This document shows, in pieces, positions 31,056-40,670 of a stretch of DNA of 64,000 nt (position 1 is the first letter of the stretch; every line of letters begins with the position of its first letter). The stretch covers positions 92,498 to 156,497 of the forward strand of contig CBDBNN010000002.1 in assembly GCA_965207895.1 (NCBI GenBank). The letters run 5' to 3'. The notes under the pieces were generated by a model, which had not been told where the DNA came from, made no database searches, and saw nothing but the letters and a program-made list of their open reading frames with translations. Made by a program: the position numbers and the translations under genes. Source of the DNA: Dehalococcoidia bacterium (GTDB taxonomy: Bacteria > Chloroflexota > Dehalococcoidia > UBA6926).

Positions 31056-33098
31056 GTGATGTTGTTTGAACTTTCAAACGACCTGCTGACGCGGCAACCC
31101 ACGTCTGTTGTGGGAGTCGTATTCGTACATGACACGGCCGCGCCTTCCCCTGAGAACGTCGGCGCACTCCAACGCGCCCTACACGAAGCAGCACAGGCTG
31201 TGCCGTGGAAGCTTGGCGGAACCGGGCTGCACGGCCATCAGGCAATTGCCCGGTGGGAGCAGGCTTTCGAGGCGGAGGGCATCAACCCCCGGACTCATAT
31301 GCCGTCGGTCGCGGCCCTCGCCCAGCGATGCTTGCGCGGCGACTATGTTCGCTCAATCAACCCCGCAGCTGACATTGCCAACCTCATCTCCATGAGACAC
31401 CTCGTGCCGGTCGGCGCGCATGACGTAGATCGACTACCCGGAGACATCACCGTGCGGCTGAGCCGCGAGGGAGACACGTTCACCGGTCACCCCGGTGATG
31501 AAACGGAAAAACTGCCGACCGGTGAGCCGGTGTATGCGACAGGCAGCGATATTCGAACCCGTCGCTGGGTCTGGCGGCAGGCCGAAACGGCTATGACAAC
31601 ACCGGAGAGCCGGACAATCGTCTTTCCTGTGGACGGGTTCACGGACGCGACTGCTGAGCGCGTAGAGGCGGCGACGCAGGAATTGGCACTTTTGGCCAAA
31701 GCGGTGCTTGGCGGAGATGTTTGCTACGGCTATGTGAGCGCCGACAAGCCTTCACTTTCTGAGGATGATGTCTCGCTGACCCAAGTGGATGACAGCGAGG
31801 CAGCCACTGCCCCGCTGTTGTCTCTCGACACAACTGACGAGAGGGCTGGAACCTACCCGTCCCCACCGGACGATGAGGCGCTCGCCAAATGGTCGTTGTC
31901 AGACCTGCTCCGTCGGGGGATTTTGGACGGCGTGATCGTCGAGGAGGAGCTGCAAGAGGCGCTGGACTCCGGGCGGCGACTAACCATCTACGAGGGGTTT
32001 GATCCGACAAGCACAAGTCTCCATATCGGCCACTATCTTTCCTTGAGGGTCTTGCGATGGTTCCAGTTGAACGGGCATCGCGTCATCATGTTGTTCGGCG
32101 ACTTCACCGCTCGTATCGGTGATCCAACAGGCCAGTCAGCGGAACGCCAACAGCTCACACAAGATGAGGTGCTCGCCAACGCCCAGGAGTGGCGGGCACA
32201 GGTTTCGCGCGTGCTTGATCTGGGTGGAGACAATCCCGTCGAAATCAAATGGAATGGCGAGTGGCTGGATAGCCTCACGCTTCGGGACATGATTGAGATT
32301 GCCGCGAACGTGACGGTGCAGCAGCTTATTGAACGGGACATGTTCCAGGAACGCCTCTCGCAGCAAAGGCCCCTCCATTTACATGAGACGCTCTATCCGC
32401 TGCTGCAGGGCTATGACTCTGTGGCGATGAGCGTGGACGCGGAGCTTGGCGGCCGTGACCAGATGTTCAATATGATGGTCGGGCGAGACCTTGTGCGGAA
32501 TTACAACGGCAAGACGAAGCACGTGCTGATGACGCCGCTCATCCCGGGCCTGGATGGGCGCAAGATGAGCAAGTCATATGGGAACACCGTCGATCTCACT
32601 GAGAATCCCGTCGATATGTTCTTCAAACTGACGCAAGTGAGTGATGAGCTGTTGCCAATGTTCATGAGCGTTCTCACGGACACGCCGGACGAGGAAATCG
32701 ACGAAGTTCGGCACCGCCTGTCCTCTGAGTCCAACCTGCAGGATGCTCGTGAGCGATTCGCGTGGGCGGTGACAGAGCGCCTGCACGGCGCCGATGAGGC
32801 GCAACGGGCTCAGGCAGAGTTCACACGTGTGGTCGATGAAGGAAGCATGCGGCAGGACGTGGAGGAGGTTTTCCTGAAGCCTGCGACAGAGCCCCTGACG
32901 ATTCTTGACGTTGCGGTGGCAACGGGCCTGACGACGAGCCGCGGCGACGCGCGCCGCCTGATCCAGCAGGGCGGTCTTGAGATCAACGACCATCGCCATA
33001 CTGAGCCCACGCTGCAGCTCTCGCCGGAAGACGTGGAGGGAGCAATCATCAAGATGGGCAAACGCGGATTCGTGCGGATGAAGGTGAAACGCGCATGA
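31056..33098 (+). CDS. tyrS: Tyrosine--tRNA ligase with an N-terminal B3/4 (PheT-like editing) domain
   Basis: C-terminal part: YEGFDPTSTSLHIGH, YPLLQGYDS, ELGGRDQMFN, KMSKS, S4 domain SRGDARRLIQQGG. N-terminal ~230 aa: PSVAAL..R...INPAADIANLISMRHLVPVGAHDVD and RRWVWRQAE..T, typical of B3/4 proteins. Confidence 0.92.
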   Translation: MMLFELSNDLLTRQPTSVVGVVFVHDTAAPSPENVGALQRALHEAAQAVPWKLGGTGLHGHQAIARWEQAFEAEGINPRTHMPSVAALAQRCLRGDYVRSINPAADIANLISMRHLVPVGAHDVDRLPGDITVRLSREGDTFTGHPGDETEKLPTGEPVYATGSDIRTRRWVWRQAETAMTTPESRTIVFPVDGFTDATAERVEAATQELALLAKAVLGGDVCYGYVSADKPSLSEDDVSLTQVDDSEAATAPLLSLDTTDERAGTYPSPPDDEALAKWSLSDLLRRGILDGVIVEEELQEALDSGRRLTIYEGFDPTSTSLHIGHYLSLRVLRWFQLNGHRVIMLFGDFTARIGDPTGQSAERQQLTQDEVLANAQEWRAQVSRVLDLGGDNPVEIKWNGEWLDSLTLRDMIEIAANVTVQQLIERDMFQERLSQQRPLHLHETLYPLLQGYDSVAMSVDAELGGRDQMFNMMVGRDLVRNYNGKTKHVLMTPLIPGLDGRKMSKSYGNTVDLTENPVDMFFKLTQVSDELLPMFMSVLTDTPDEEIDEVRHRLSSESNLQDARERFAWAVTERLHGADEAQRAQAEFTRVVDEGSMRQDVEEVFLKPATEPLTILDVAVATGLTTSRGDARRLIQQGGLEINDHRHTEPTLQLSPEDVEGAIIKMGKRGFVRMKVKRA

Positions 33099-33976
33099 GC
33101 TTCGATAGACCCACCGTCGGATTCCTCCAACCGGAGGCCACCTTCACCCATCTGGCGGCCATCGCCCACTTTGGCCGGGATGCCACCTTTGAACCAATGG
33201 AGTCGGAGGCAATCTGCCAGGCCGTTCAGCGGGGTGAGATTGAATACGGCGTTCTGCCCATTGAGAACCTCCTTGAAGGAACCGTGGGAGCGACCCTGGA
33301 CTTCGTGACGGCGACAGAGGGCATCAATGTGGTAGCCGAAGTCTTCTTGCCCATTCACCACCACCTGTTAACCAAGACATCGCTGGAACAGGTGACGCGC
33401 ATCTACTCGCATCCGCAGGCGCTGAGCCAATGCCGGCGGAGCATCCGGCGCCTATCTGAAGAATTGGGTCGGGAAATTGAGGTTATCGACGAATCGAGCA
33501 CAGCGCGTGGAGCAGAGATAGCCGCGGCATCCGAAGACCCCGGGGCTGCCGCATTGGCCACAGCTGTTGCAGCAATGTACTACAGGCTGAAGGTTGTGCG
33601 GGAAAACATGGAGGATGGGGCGGAGAATTCGACCCGCTTCTGGGTGCTGAGCAAAGACTTTTCCCCCGAGGCGACGGGCGGAGACAAGACGACGATCCTG
33701 TTTGACCTCGAGAATCAGCCCGGCGCGTTGGTCAAGGTTCTCAATCTATTCTCATCGCGGGGGCTGAACGCAACGATGTTGCAGTCCCGGCCATCCCGAC
33801 TTGATCCAGGAGAGGGCCTGTGGGAATACACGTTCATCGTGGAGTATTTGGGGCATATACGTGACGCGGGGCTGGCAGAGGCTTACGCTGAAGTTGAGGC
33901 CGGGCTGGGAACACTCTGTAAGCGAATCCGTTTGTTGGGTTCATATCCGCGGAGTTCTATGGTTGAGAACGACTAA
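33095..33976 (+). CDS. pheA: Prephenate dehydratase (PDT + ACT, no chorismate mutase domain)
   Basis: GVLPIENLLEGTV, YSHPQALSQC, NSTRF, PGALVKVL, LQSRPS, LGSYP; 4-nt overlap with tyrS. Confidence 0.92.
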   Translation: MSFDRPTVGFLQPEATFTHLAAIAHFGRDATFEPMESEAICQAVQRGEIEYGVLPIENLLEGTVGATLDFVTATEGINVVAEVFLPIHHHLLTKTSLEQVTRIYSHPQALSQCRRSIRRLSEELGREIEVIDESSTARGAEIAAASEDPGAAALATAVAAMYYRLKVVRENMEDGAENSTRFWVLSKDFSPEATGGDKTTILFDLENQPGALVKVLNLFSSRGLNATMLQSRPSRLDPGEGLWEYTFIVEYLGHIRDAGLAEAYAEVEAGLGTLCKRIRLLGSYPRSSMVEND

Positions 33977-34033
33977 ACACGTACAATTGAATTGGCCGGT
34001 TCACGGTCGTTGAATAATGCGCGGGGGAGAATT

Positions 34034-35497
34034 GTGACATCATCAGTCGGCAAGGCTGTCCATGCCGGAAAGGTCCTGGAAGTCGAGGTGCCGCCTCGGT
34101 CCCTTGATCTTTTGGCTCCGTTCGTCAACAAGCAGCGTCGATCTGCGATTGCGGAGGCGGCGCAGACGGTTGGCCACGCCCTTCAGGGCCGCACCGTCAT
34201 CAACATAAACTCCACGGCCAGGGGCGGCGGCGTGGCAGAGCTCGTGCAGGGGCTATGCGGTTACGCGAAGGGCGCAGGCGTCGATTCGCGATGGCTTGTC
34301 ATTGAGGGCGACAGTGAGTTCTTCCGCATAACCAAGCGCATCCACAACAACCTGCACGGAGAGGCGGGCGACGGAGGCCCGCTTGGCGAGGCAGAGCGCG
34401 CGCACTATGAGCGAGTGCTGGCTGAGAACGCAGACGCCATCACCACGCAGGTGCGGACCGGAGACATCGTCATCCTGCATGATCCCCAGACTGCAGGCTT
34501 GGCCGAGACAATACTTCAAGCAGGCGCGCGTGTCATCTGGCGGTCTCACATCGGTCATGAAGAGCATGATGCGCTTGTGACCGGGGCGTGGGAGTTTCTC
34601 CGTCCGTACGTGCAGCAAGCGGACTTGTGCATTTTCAGCTTGCCTGAATACGCGCCGGCATGGCTTGATCCGGCTGCTATCCGCATCATCAATCCATCCA
34701 TCGATCCGGCGAGTTCAAAGAATACGGACATCAGCGCTACAGCAGCAGACATTCTTGTGAGTGTCGGCCTCCTCGACGGCCCACCTCCCTCCACACCACC
34801 TCAGTTCTTGCGAGACAACGGCACATTCGGGACAATTGCCCGTCGTATCGAGGCCGTGACAGAGGGCACCCTGCCCCGCCCCGAGGATCCGGTCGTTGCC
34901 CAGATTGCTCGCTGGGACAAGCTCAAGGACATGGCAGGCGTGATGCGCTCGTTCGCGCAGATGGCGGACGCGCCGCCCAACGCCCACCTCTGGCTCGTTG
35001 GACCGGCGGTGAGTGGTGTCGCGGACGATCCGGAGGCGCAGCGCGTGTTCGAGGACTGCTCTGCTGAGTGGCGGGCGCTGCCGGACGATATTCGGCGGCG
35101 AATTCACCTTGTGAACGTGCCGATGGATGACCGCGAGGAAAATGCTGCCGTCATCAACGCCATTCAGAGCCACGCCGCGATAATCGTTCAAAAAAGTCTT
35201 GCAGAGGGCTTTGGCTTAACGGTCACAGAGGCGATGTGGAAGGGAAAGGCCGTCGTCGCGAGCGCTGTTGGCGGTATCCGCCAACAGATCATCGACGGCC
35301 AGTCGGGCATCCTCCTGCCCAACCCCTCGGATGAAGTCGCATGCGCCCAAGCGATAAGGAACCTTCTGGCCGATTCTGCATGGGCGGCCGAATTGGGCGC
35401 TGCGGCTAGAGAACGGACCCGGGATCTATTCCTGCCGGACCGGCACCTACTCCAATACGCCGAACTCATACTCGACACGATGCCGGAGGCGGCGTAA
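34034..35497 (+). CDS. GT4 glycosyltransferase, TreT-like trehalose synthase
   Basis: NSTARGGGVAE, FFRITKRIHNNLHG, HDPQ, IWRSHI, ARWDKLKD, QKSLAEGFGLTVTEAMWK. Confidence 0.85.
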   Translation: MTSSVGKAVHAGKVLEVEVPPRSLDLLAPFVNKQRRSAIAEAAQTVGHALQGRTVININSTARGGGVAELVQGLCGYAKGAGVDSRWLVIEGDSEFFRITKRIHNNLHGEAGDGGPLGEAERAHYERVLAENADAITTQVRTGDIVILHDPQTAGLAETILQAGARVIWRSHIGHEEHDALVTGAWEFLRPYVQQADLCIFSLPEYAPAWLDPAAIRIINPSIDPASSKNTDISATAADILVSVGLLDGPPPSTPPQFLRDNGTFGTIARRIEAVTEGTLPRPEDPVVAQIARWDKLKDMAGVMRSFAQMADAPPNAHLWLVGPAVSGVADDPEAQRVFEDCSAEWRALPDDIRRRIHLVNVPMDDREENAAVINAIQSHAAIIVQKSLAEGFGLTVTEAMWKGKAVVASAVGGIRQQIIDGQSGILLPNPSDEVACAQAIRNLLADSAWAAELGAAARERTRDLFLPDRHLLQYAELILDTMPEAA

Positions 35498-35581
35498 GCT
35501 TTGGCCGTTGCGGTGTCCGCACAACGATGACCAACTTAAAATGAGCTTGCGCCAAGAATAACCTACGCATAGGCTAACCGC

Positions 35582-35866
35582 ATGAATATTGAACTGAGTG
35601 ACGCCATATGCGCGCGTATCCAGGAACTCGTAGAGTCCGGAACCTTTAGTTCTGCCGATCAGGTGGTTGACACTGCCCTCTCCTTTCTGCATCCACGTGA
35701 CAACTACGACGAGTTCAACGACCTTGACGAGAACGAGATCACTGAAATCCGGGAGCGTGCGCAACGAGGAGCGGCGCAAGCGGATCGTGGCGAAACTATT
35801 CCAGCGGACATCGTATTTGAGTGGCTGCTGAATCGTAACGAGGGTTGGGCAAACCGCCAGGAATGA
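35582..35866 (+). CDS. ParD-like ribbon-helix-helix antitoxin
   Basis: MNIELSD..CARIQELVESGTFSSADQVV..AL with acidic C-terminus; ATGA overlap with the toxin gene. Confidence 0.8.
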   Translation: MNIELSDAICARIQELVESGTFSSADQVVDTALSFLHPRDNYDEFNDLDENEITEIRERAQRGAAQADRGETIPADIVFEWLLNRNEGWANRQE

Positions 35867-36147
35867 GCCGCTGTGAGTTCTCTTCTGAGGCCAACGCCGA
35901 TCTCGAACAGATTCACGACTTTATTGCGGCGGACAGCGTAGCCGCCGCTAGGCGCATAATCATCAACATCCGACAGGTATGTAAGATTCTCGCGGACTTT
36001 CCTGGGCTTGGAATTGAACGACCCCAGCTGGGAGATGGCTTCCGATCATTCCCTGTACGGCGGACGCCCTACCTCATAATCTATCGACCGGTCACGGACG
36101 GTGTTGAAATTCTGCACATCCACCATGGACGACGCACTCTTGTTTGA
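35863..36147 (+). CDS. RelE/ParE family toxin
   Basis: FSSEANADLEQI..FIAADS..AA...FPGLG..R...RSFPV...YLIIYR...VEILHIHHGRR. Confidence 0.85.
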   Translation: MSRCEFSSEANADLEQIHDFIAADSVAAARRIIINIRQVCKILADFPGLGIERPQLGDGFRSFPVRRTPYLIIYRPVTDGVEILHIHHGRRTLV

Positions 36148-36172
36148 GTAACGGCCTCGAAACTCAATCCCG

Positions 36173-37183
36173 TCACCCTGAGAGTATTCTCGCCAGTTCG
36201 TCGCGTGGAAAGCGCGGGACGTTGACCCCTTGGGAACTCGGCACTGCGCGCCCGATTACGGCTGCGTGAATCGCCGACTCGCCAAGAGCAGCAACGATTG
36301 TTGATGCATCTTCAGGGGCGGCCGCAATCAAGAGCCCTCCTGAGGCTATGAGCCCCACGGGGTTGACTCTGAGGGCACGACAGATTTCCACAGTCTCGGG
36401 AAGGGTCATCGCTTTGAGCGTGTCACCATCGACCTCAAGGCCAACATTTGACGAGTCCGCCATCTCGTGCAGTGCTGTCGCAATGCCGCCCTCCGTTGGG
36501 TCGTGCATGGCGTGGATGGAAGCCACTCCAAGAGCAACGTGGGCATCACGAACGACGCTGATGCCGGGGTTATACAGGAAATCAGCGCTGCGCCGGATGA
36601 TCTCAACTGAAACCCATGCGGCACGCAGCCGATCCGCACGCTCAATGGCAAGGATGGAGGTGCCCTCGATACCGACGCCCTTGGTGAGGATGATGGCATC
36701 ACCCTCCTGAACAGCGGATGTTGGCATTTCCTCGCTCTTTCGAACTTCGCCGATCATCGTGCCGATGGCGATTGGACGGTCAATGCCATTCGTCACCTCG
36801 GTATGGCCTCCCACAAGCGCGACCCCAATCTCCGCGCATGCGTCCACTGTCTGCCGCATGATGTCTCTGGCGAGTTGCGGACGCGAGCCGTCCGGCAGGA
36901 TGACCGTCATGACCATCCATCTCGGCGTGCCTCCTGTTGCCGCGATGTCATTAGCGTTGACGTGCACGGCATACCAACCCAGCTGTTCCGCTGCGAACGT
37001 GATGGGGTCTGAACTAACGACGAGGTAGTTGTCTCCTCCGTTATCAATGAGGGCCGCGTCTTCCCCCATGCGAGGGCCAAGGATGACGCTCGGGTCCTCG
37101 ATGTTGGCCTGTTCAAGCAGTTCAGCAAGAAGGTCAGGTGGAAGCTTACCAACACGAAGAGGAGCGTTCTGTGCGTTCGTCAT
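36173..37183 (-). CDS. AIR synthase-related (PurM/HypE/SelD superfamily) protein
   Basis: VGKLPPDLL, GEDAALI, SSDPIT, HVNANDIA..G, LVGGHTE, MHDPTEGG. Confidence 0.85.
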   Translation of the reverse strand: MTNAQNAPLRVGKLPPDLLAELLEQANIEDPSVILGPRMGEDAALIDNGGDNYLVVSSDPITFAAEQLGWYAVHVNANDIAATGGTPRWMVMTVILPDGSRPQLARDIMRQTVDACAEIGVALVGGHTEVTNGIDRPIAIGTMIGEVRKSEEMPTSAVQEGDAIILTKGVGIEGTSILAIERADRLRAAWVSVEIIRRSADFLYNPGISVVRDAHVALGVASIHAMHDPTEGGIATALHEMADSSNVGLEVDGDTLKAMTLPETVEICRALRVNPVGLIASGGLLIAAAPEDASTIVAALGESAIHAAVIGRAVPSSQGVNVPRFPRDELARILSG

Positions 37184-37238
37184 GTCGCCATTATCCCTGC
37201 TTGGGACGCGGCAGCGACAAATGAATCGTCCAGAATTC

Positions 37239-37886
37239 CTAGGTCTCGTGAGCCAGGGTCAGCGCGTACACATTTCTCGCTCCACCTCGTCGGAGGGCAC
37301 GCGCGGCTTCCCTAAGCGTCGCGCCTGTTGTCAAGACATCGTCGATTAGGAGGATATTGGCACTCCGGATTTGTGCCGGATCTGGAACGTGGAACGCGCC
37401 GCGGACGTTGGCGGCCCGTACGGCTGCGCTCATCGCCCGCGCTTGAACGGCCGTCTCCCGCAGCCGTACAAGAGCAGCTACTGCCGCTACGCCCATCGTG
37501 CGAGAAAGCTCGCGCGCCAGGAGTTCGGATTGGTCAAATCCTCGTTCGCGCAGTCGCGCCGGATGGACGGGTATGTGGACGATCAGGTCAATTGCCGGGC
37601 TCCAGTCATACAGCACGTTGCTCATCTCCAGCGCCAGAACCGGGGCGAGGGAGCGGAGGCCGTTGTACTTGTAGCGTCTGACAATCTCGTGGACATGGCC
37701 TTCATACGGCCATACGGCGCGTGCGGCGCGGATGCCGGCTGGCTTGGGAATGGCGTCCGGTTCAAGGCGTAGTGGAAAGGAACGACCACACGGTTCACAG
37801 ATGAGGTCGCCCTCCCGTCCACAGAGAACGCAGCGGGACGGAAACAGAAGTCGCAGGGCGGAATCGGCAAAGGCGCGCAGTCTCAT
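37239..37886 (-). CDS. comF: ComF family protein (Zn ribbon + phosphoribosyltransferase)
   Basis: FPSRCVLCG..ICEPC, VHIPVH..RLRERGFDQ, LLIDDVLTTGATL. Confidence 0.88.
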   Translation of the reverse strand: MRLRAFADSALRLLFPSRCVLCGREGDLICEPCGRSFPLRLEPDAIPKPAGIRAARAVWPYEGHVHEIVRRYKYNGLRSLAPVLALEMSNVLYDWSPAIDLIVHIPVHPARLRERGFDQSELLARELSRTMGVAAVAALVRLRETAVQARAMSAAVRAANVRGAFHVPDPAQIRSANILLIDDVLTTGATLREAARALRRGGARNVYALTLAHET

Positions 37887-37952
37887 CTCTAACAGCAGTG
37901 GCGAGCGGTCTGGGTGAAGGGGAGGCTCAATAGGCTTCCAATAGGAATCATG

Positions 37953-37981
37953 TTGACACCCACAGGTAGGAATGGCAAAAT
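37953..37981 (+). promoter_or_regulatory. Promoter of the ilv-leu operon
   Basis: TTGACA 37953-37958-N17-CAAAAT 37976-37981. Confidence 0.6.
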
Positions 37982-37994
37982 CGACACTGCTACG

Positions 37995-38240
37995 AAGGGG
38001 AGTAGTAGCGCAAGTCTAGCGGAAAGCGAGCCGGGGATGGTGGAAGCCCGGTCGTGATGACCCGTGAACTCGCCCCGGAGCATCCGAAACGCGGTCTCCG
38101 TCGGCAGGATGGAGACAATTGCGTTTTGGCGGGGTCGCGCCCGAACAAACGTTATTGAGAGACTCGGCCAAGACGCCGGGTAAGGAGGGTGGTACCGCGG
38201 GATCGCGAAAGCTCCCGTCCCTTCACGGGACGGGTTTTTT
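37995..38240 (+). ncRNA. T-box riboswitch with Leu (CUC) specifier
   Basis: Stem I AG/GNUG boxes (GCGGAAAG..GATGGTGGAAG), specifier GAA-CTC at 38069-38071, T-box AAGGAGGGTGGTACCGCG 38182-38199, terminator CCCGTCCC-TTCAC-GGGACGGG-T6 38214-38240. Confidence 0.9.
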
Positions 38241-38350
38241 GTTGGAATTGCGCAAGCGGTTTTAGGGAAAACATCCATCCAGACCGTCCCCTGCACAAGG
38301 GGGGATAAGAAGAGAGCGTACAACGAGCCGGTAAGAGAGTAGCGAGGAGA

Positions 38351-40075
38351 ATGATGTCAGGCAGGATGCTGGCGGGCGGAGAGTTTGTATGCGAGTCGCT
38401 GCAAGCGGAGGGCGTCGACCTCGTTTTCGGCGTTCCCGGCGGCGCGATTCTGCCGCTCTACGACCACATACTGAAGTACCCGTCCATTCACCATGTCCTG
38501 ACACGCCATGAGCAGGGCGCGGCGCACGCGGCGGACGGCTATGCCCGGGCCACGGGCAAGGTGGGCGTCTGCATTGCAACGTCCGGCCCCGGCGCAATCA
38601 ATCTCGCCGTCGGGCTTGGAACATCGTTCATGGACTCCACGCCCATCGTGGCGATCACGGGGCAGGTGACGCGGCCCGCCATCGGCAAGGACGCCTTCCA
38701 GGAGACGGACGTGACGGGCGTGACGATTCCCGTCACCAAGCACAATTACCTGGTTCTCAGCGCAACCGATATTCCGCGCGTGATGAAAGAAGCGTTCCAT
38801 ATCGCGCGGTCGGCGCGCCCGGGTCCCGTGCTCGTGGATCTGCCGCGCGACGTGCTGCAGGAGTTCGGTGAGTTCATCGGCTATCCGGAGACCGTCGACG
38901 ACCTGCCCGGATTCAGGCCGATCACCCACCCGGACCCGATACAAGTAGAGGCTGCTGCCGAGCTAATCAACTCGGCAAAGAGGCCGGTGATTCTTGCGGG
39001 GCGGGGCGTGTTGGTAGCCCAGGCTGAGAAGGAGCTGCAGGAACTGGCCGAGAAGGCGCAGATCCCCGTCATCCCTACCCTGCTCGGCATTGGCTCGTTC
39101 CCGGGCAATCACTACCTGTACCTGAGCCTCATGGGGATGCACGGGTCTGCATTTGCCAACCTCGTGGTGGACGAGTGCGACCTGTTGGTCAACGTGGGGT
39201 CGCGGTTTGACGACCGCATCATCGGGCGGGTGGCGGACTTTGCGCCGAACGCGAAGATCGTGCACCTGAACATTGACCGCTCCGCGATCCATCAGAACGT
39301 TTTCGCGGATGCGCCCGTGATCGGTGACGCGAAGAATTCGCTCAAGGCGTTGCTGCCGCAAGTTGACAAGCAGACAAGAACGGAATGGCTCTCGCGCGTA
39401 GACGACCTGCGCCGCGAGCATCCGCTAGTCGTTCGAGATTTCGACGGCAAGCCGTCGACGCAATACGTCATCAAGCGCATCCATGAGCTGACAGACGGCA
39501 AGGCCTTCATCGTGACCGGCGTCGGCCAGCACCAGATGTGGGCGGCGCAGCACTATGTCACGGACAGGCCAAACAGTTTCATCACGTCCGGCGGCCTTGG
39601 CACGATGGGCTACGAAGTTCCCGCCGCGATGGGCGCTCAAATGGGCATGCCGAATGAGCAGGTGTGGTCGATCTGCGGCGACGCCGGTTTCCAGATGACG
39701 CTGCAGGAACTCGCGACAATCCGTGACGAGAAGGCACCCGTCAAGTTCGCGATTATGAACAACTTCCACCATGGCATGGTGAGGCAATGGCAGACGCTGT
39801 TTTACGACAAGCGTTACAGCCAGATCGATACAACAGGACCGGACTTCGTCAAGCTGGCGGAGGCGTACGGGATGCTTGGCATCCGTGTCGAGGACATCAA
39901 GGACGTGGACTCCGCCATCAAGCGGGCGCAGGATCATGACGGCCCGGTCATCGTCGATTTCCTTGTCGAGATTGATGAGTTGGTGTACCCGATGATTCCG
40001 GCCGGTCAGTCCGTGAACGAGATGGTGGAGGATCCGTGGACGCAGCAGCAGCCATTGGGGACGGTGGCGCGATGA
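38351..40075 (+). CDS. ilvB: Acetolactate synthase large subunit
   Basis: FGVPGGAILP, TRHEQGAAHAADGYAR, FQETD, SGGLGTMG, GDAGFQM...NNFHHGMVRQWQ. Confidence 0.97.
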   Translation: MMSGRMLAGGEFVCESLQAEGVDLVFGVPGGAILPLYDHILKYPSIHHVLTRHEQGAAHAADGYARATGKVGVCIATSGPGAINLAVGLGTSFMDSTPIVAITGQVTRPAIGKDAFQETDVTGVTIPVTKHNYLVLSATDIPRVMKEAFHIARSARPGPVLVDLPRDVLQEFGEFIGYPETVDDLPGFRPITHPDPIQVEAAAELINSAKRPVILAGRGVLVAQAEKELQELAEKAQIPVIPTLLGIGSFPGNHYLYLSLMGMHGSAFANLVVDECDLLVNVGSRFDDRIIGRVADFAPNAKIVHLNIDRSAIHQNVFADAPVIGDAKNSLKALLPQVDKQTRTEWLSRVDDLRREHPLVVRDFDGKPSTQYVIKRIHELTDGKAFIVTGVGQHQMWAAQHYVTDRPNSFITSGGLGTMGYEVPAAMGAQMGMPNEQVWSICGDAGFQMTLQELATIRDEKAPVKFAIMNNFHHGMVRQWQTLFYDKRYSQIDTTGPDFVKLAEAYGMLGIRVEDIKDVDSAIKRAQDHDGPVIVDFLVEIDELVYPMIPAGQSVNEMVEDPWTQQQPLGTVAR

Positions 40076-40623
40076 CGATGCGCCGCGTCATTTCCGCGCT
40101 GGTGCATGACCGGCCGGGTGTGCTCAACCGCGTGGCGAGCATGTTCCGGCGGCGCGGATTCAACATCGCCAGCCTGGCGGTGGGGCATTCGGAGAGGGCT
40201 GATTTCTCGCGCATGACCATCGTTGTGGACAACGTGCCCGAGTCAGCGCTATGGCAGGTGACCTCGCAGTTGTGGAACGTGGTGGACGTCGTTGAAGTGA
40301 TGGACATCACGGACGAGGACTACGTGTCACGCGAGACTGCGCTGATCAAGGTGCGGGCGGACCAGGAGAACCGCGGCCACATTGTCGAGATTCTTGACCT
40401 TTTCCGCGGCGCGGAGGTTGTGAGCGTCTCACCGAGCACGGTCATCATCGAGATAACAGGGCCCACGGAACAGGTTGAGAGCTTGCTGGCCTTGCTTGAG
40501 CCTTACGGGATTCTCGAACTGATGCGCACGGGCCTTGTCGCTCTCACGAAAGACGAAGAGGTTCCGCAGGACGGCGAGTTTCGCGGCCCGGCGCTGGTGG
40601 GCGTGCCGTCACAACGGAGGTAG
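40072..40623 (+). CDS. ilvN: Acetolactate synthase small subunit
   Basis: DRPGVLNRVASMFRRRGFNIASL ACT domain; ELMRTGLVAL. Confidence 0.96.
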   Translation: MTMRRVISALVHDRPGVLNRVASMFRRRGFNIASLAVGHSERADFSRMTIVVDNVPESALWQVTSQLWNVVDVVEVMDITDEDYVSRETALIKVRADQENRGHIVEILDLFRGAEVVSVSPSTVIIEITGPTEQVESLLALLEPYGILELMRTGLVALTKDEEVPQDGEFRGPALVGVPSQRR

Positions 40624-40670
40624 AACCGACGACGGCTGCCGCTTAGAAGAACACAAGGCAGGAAGGTGCG

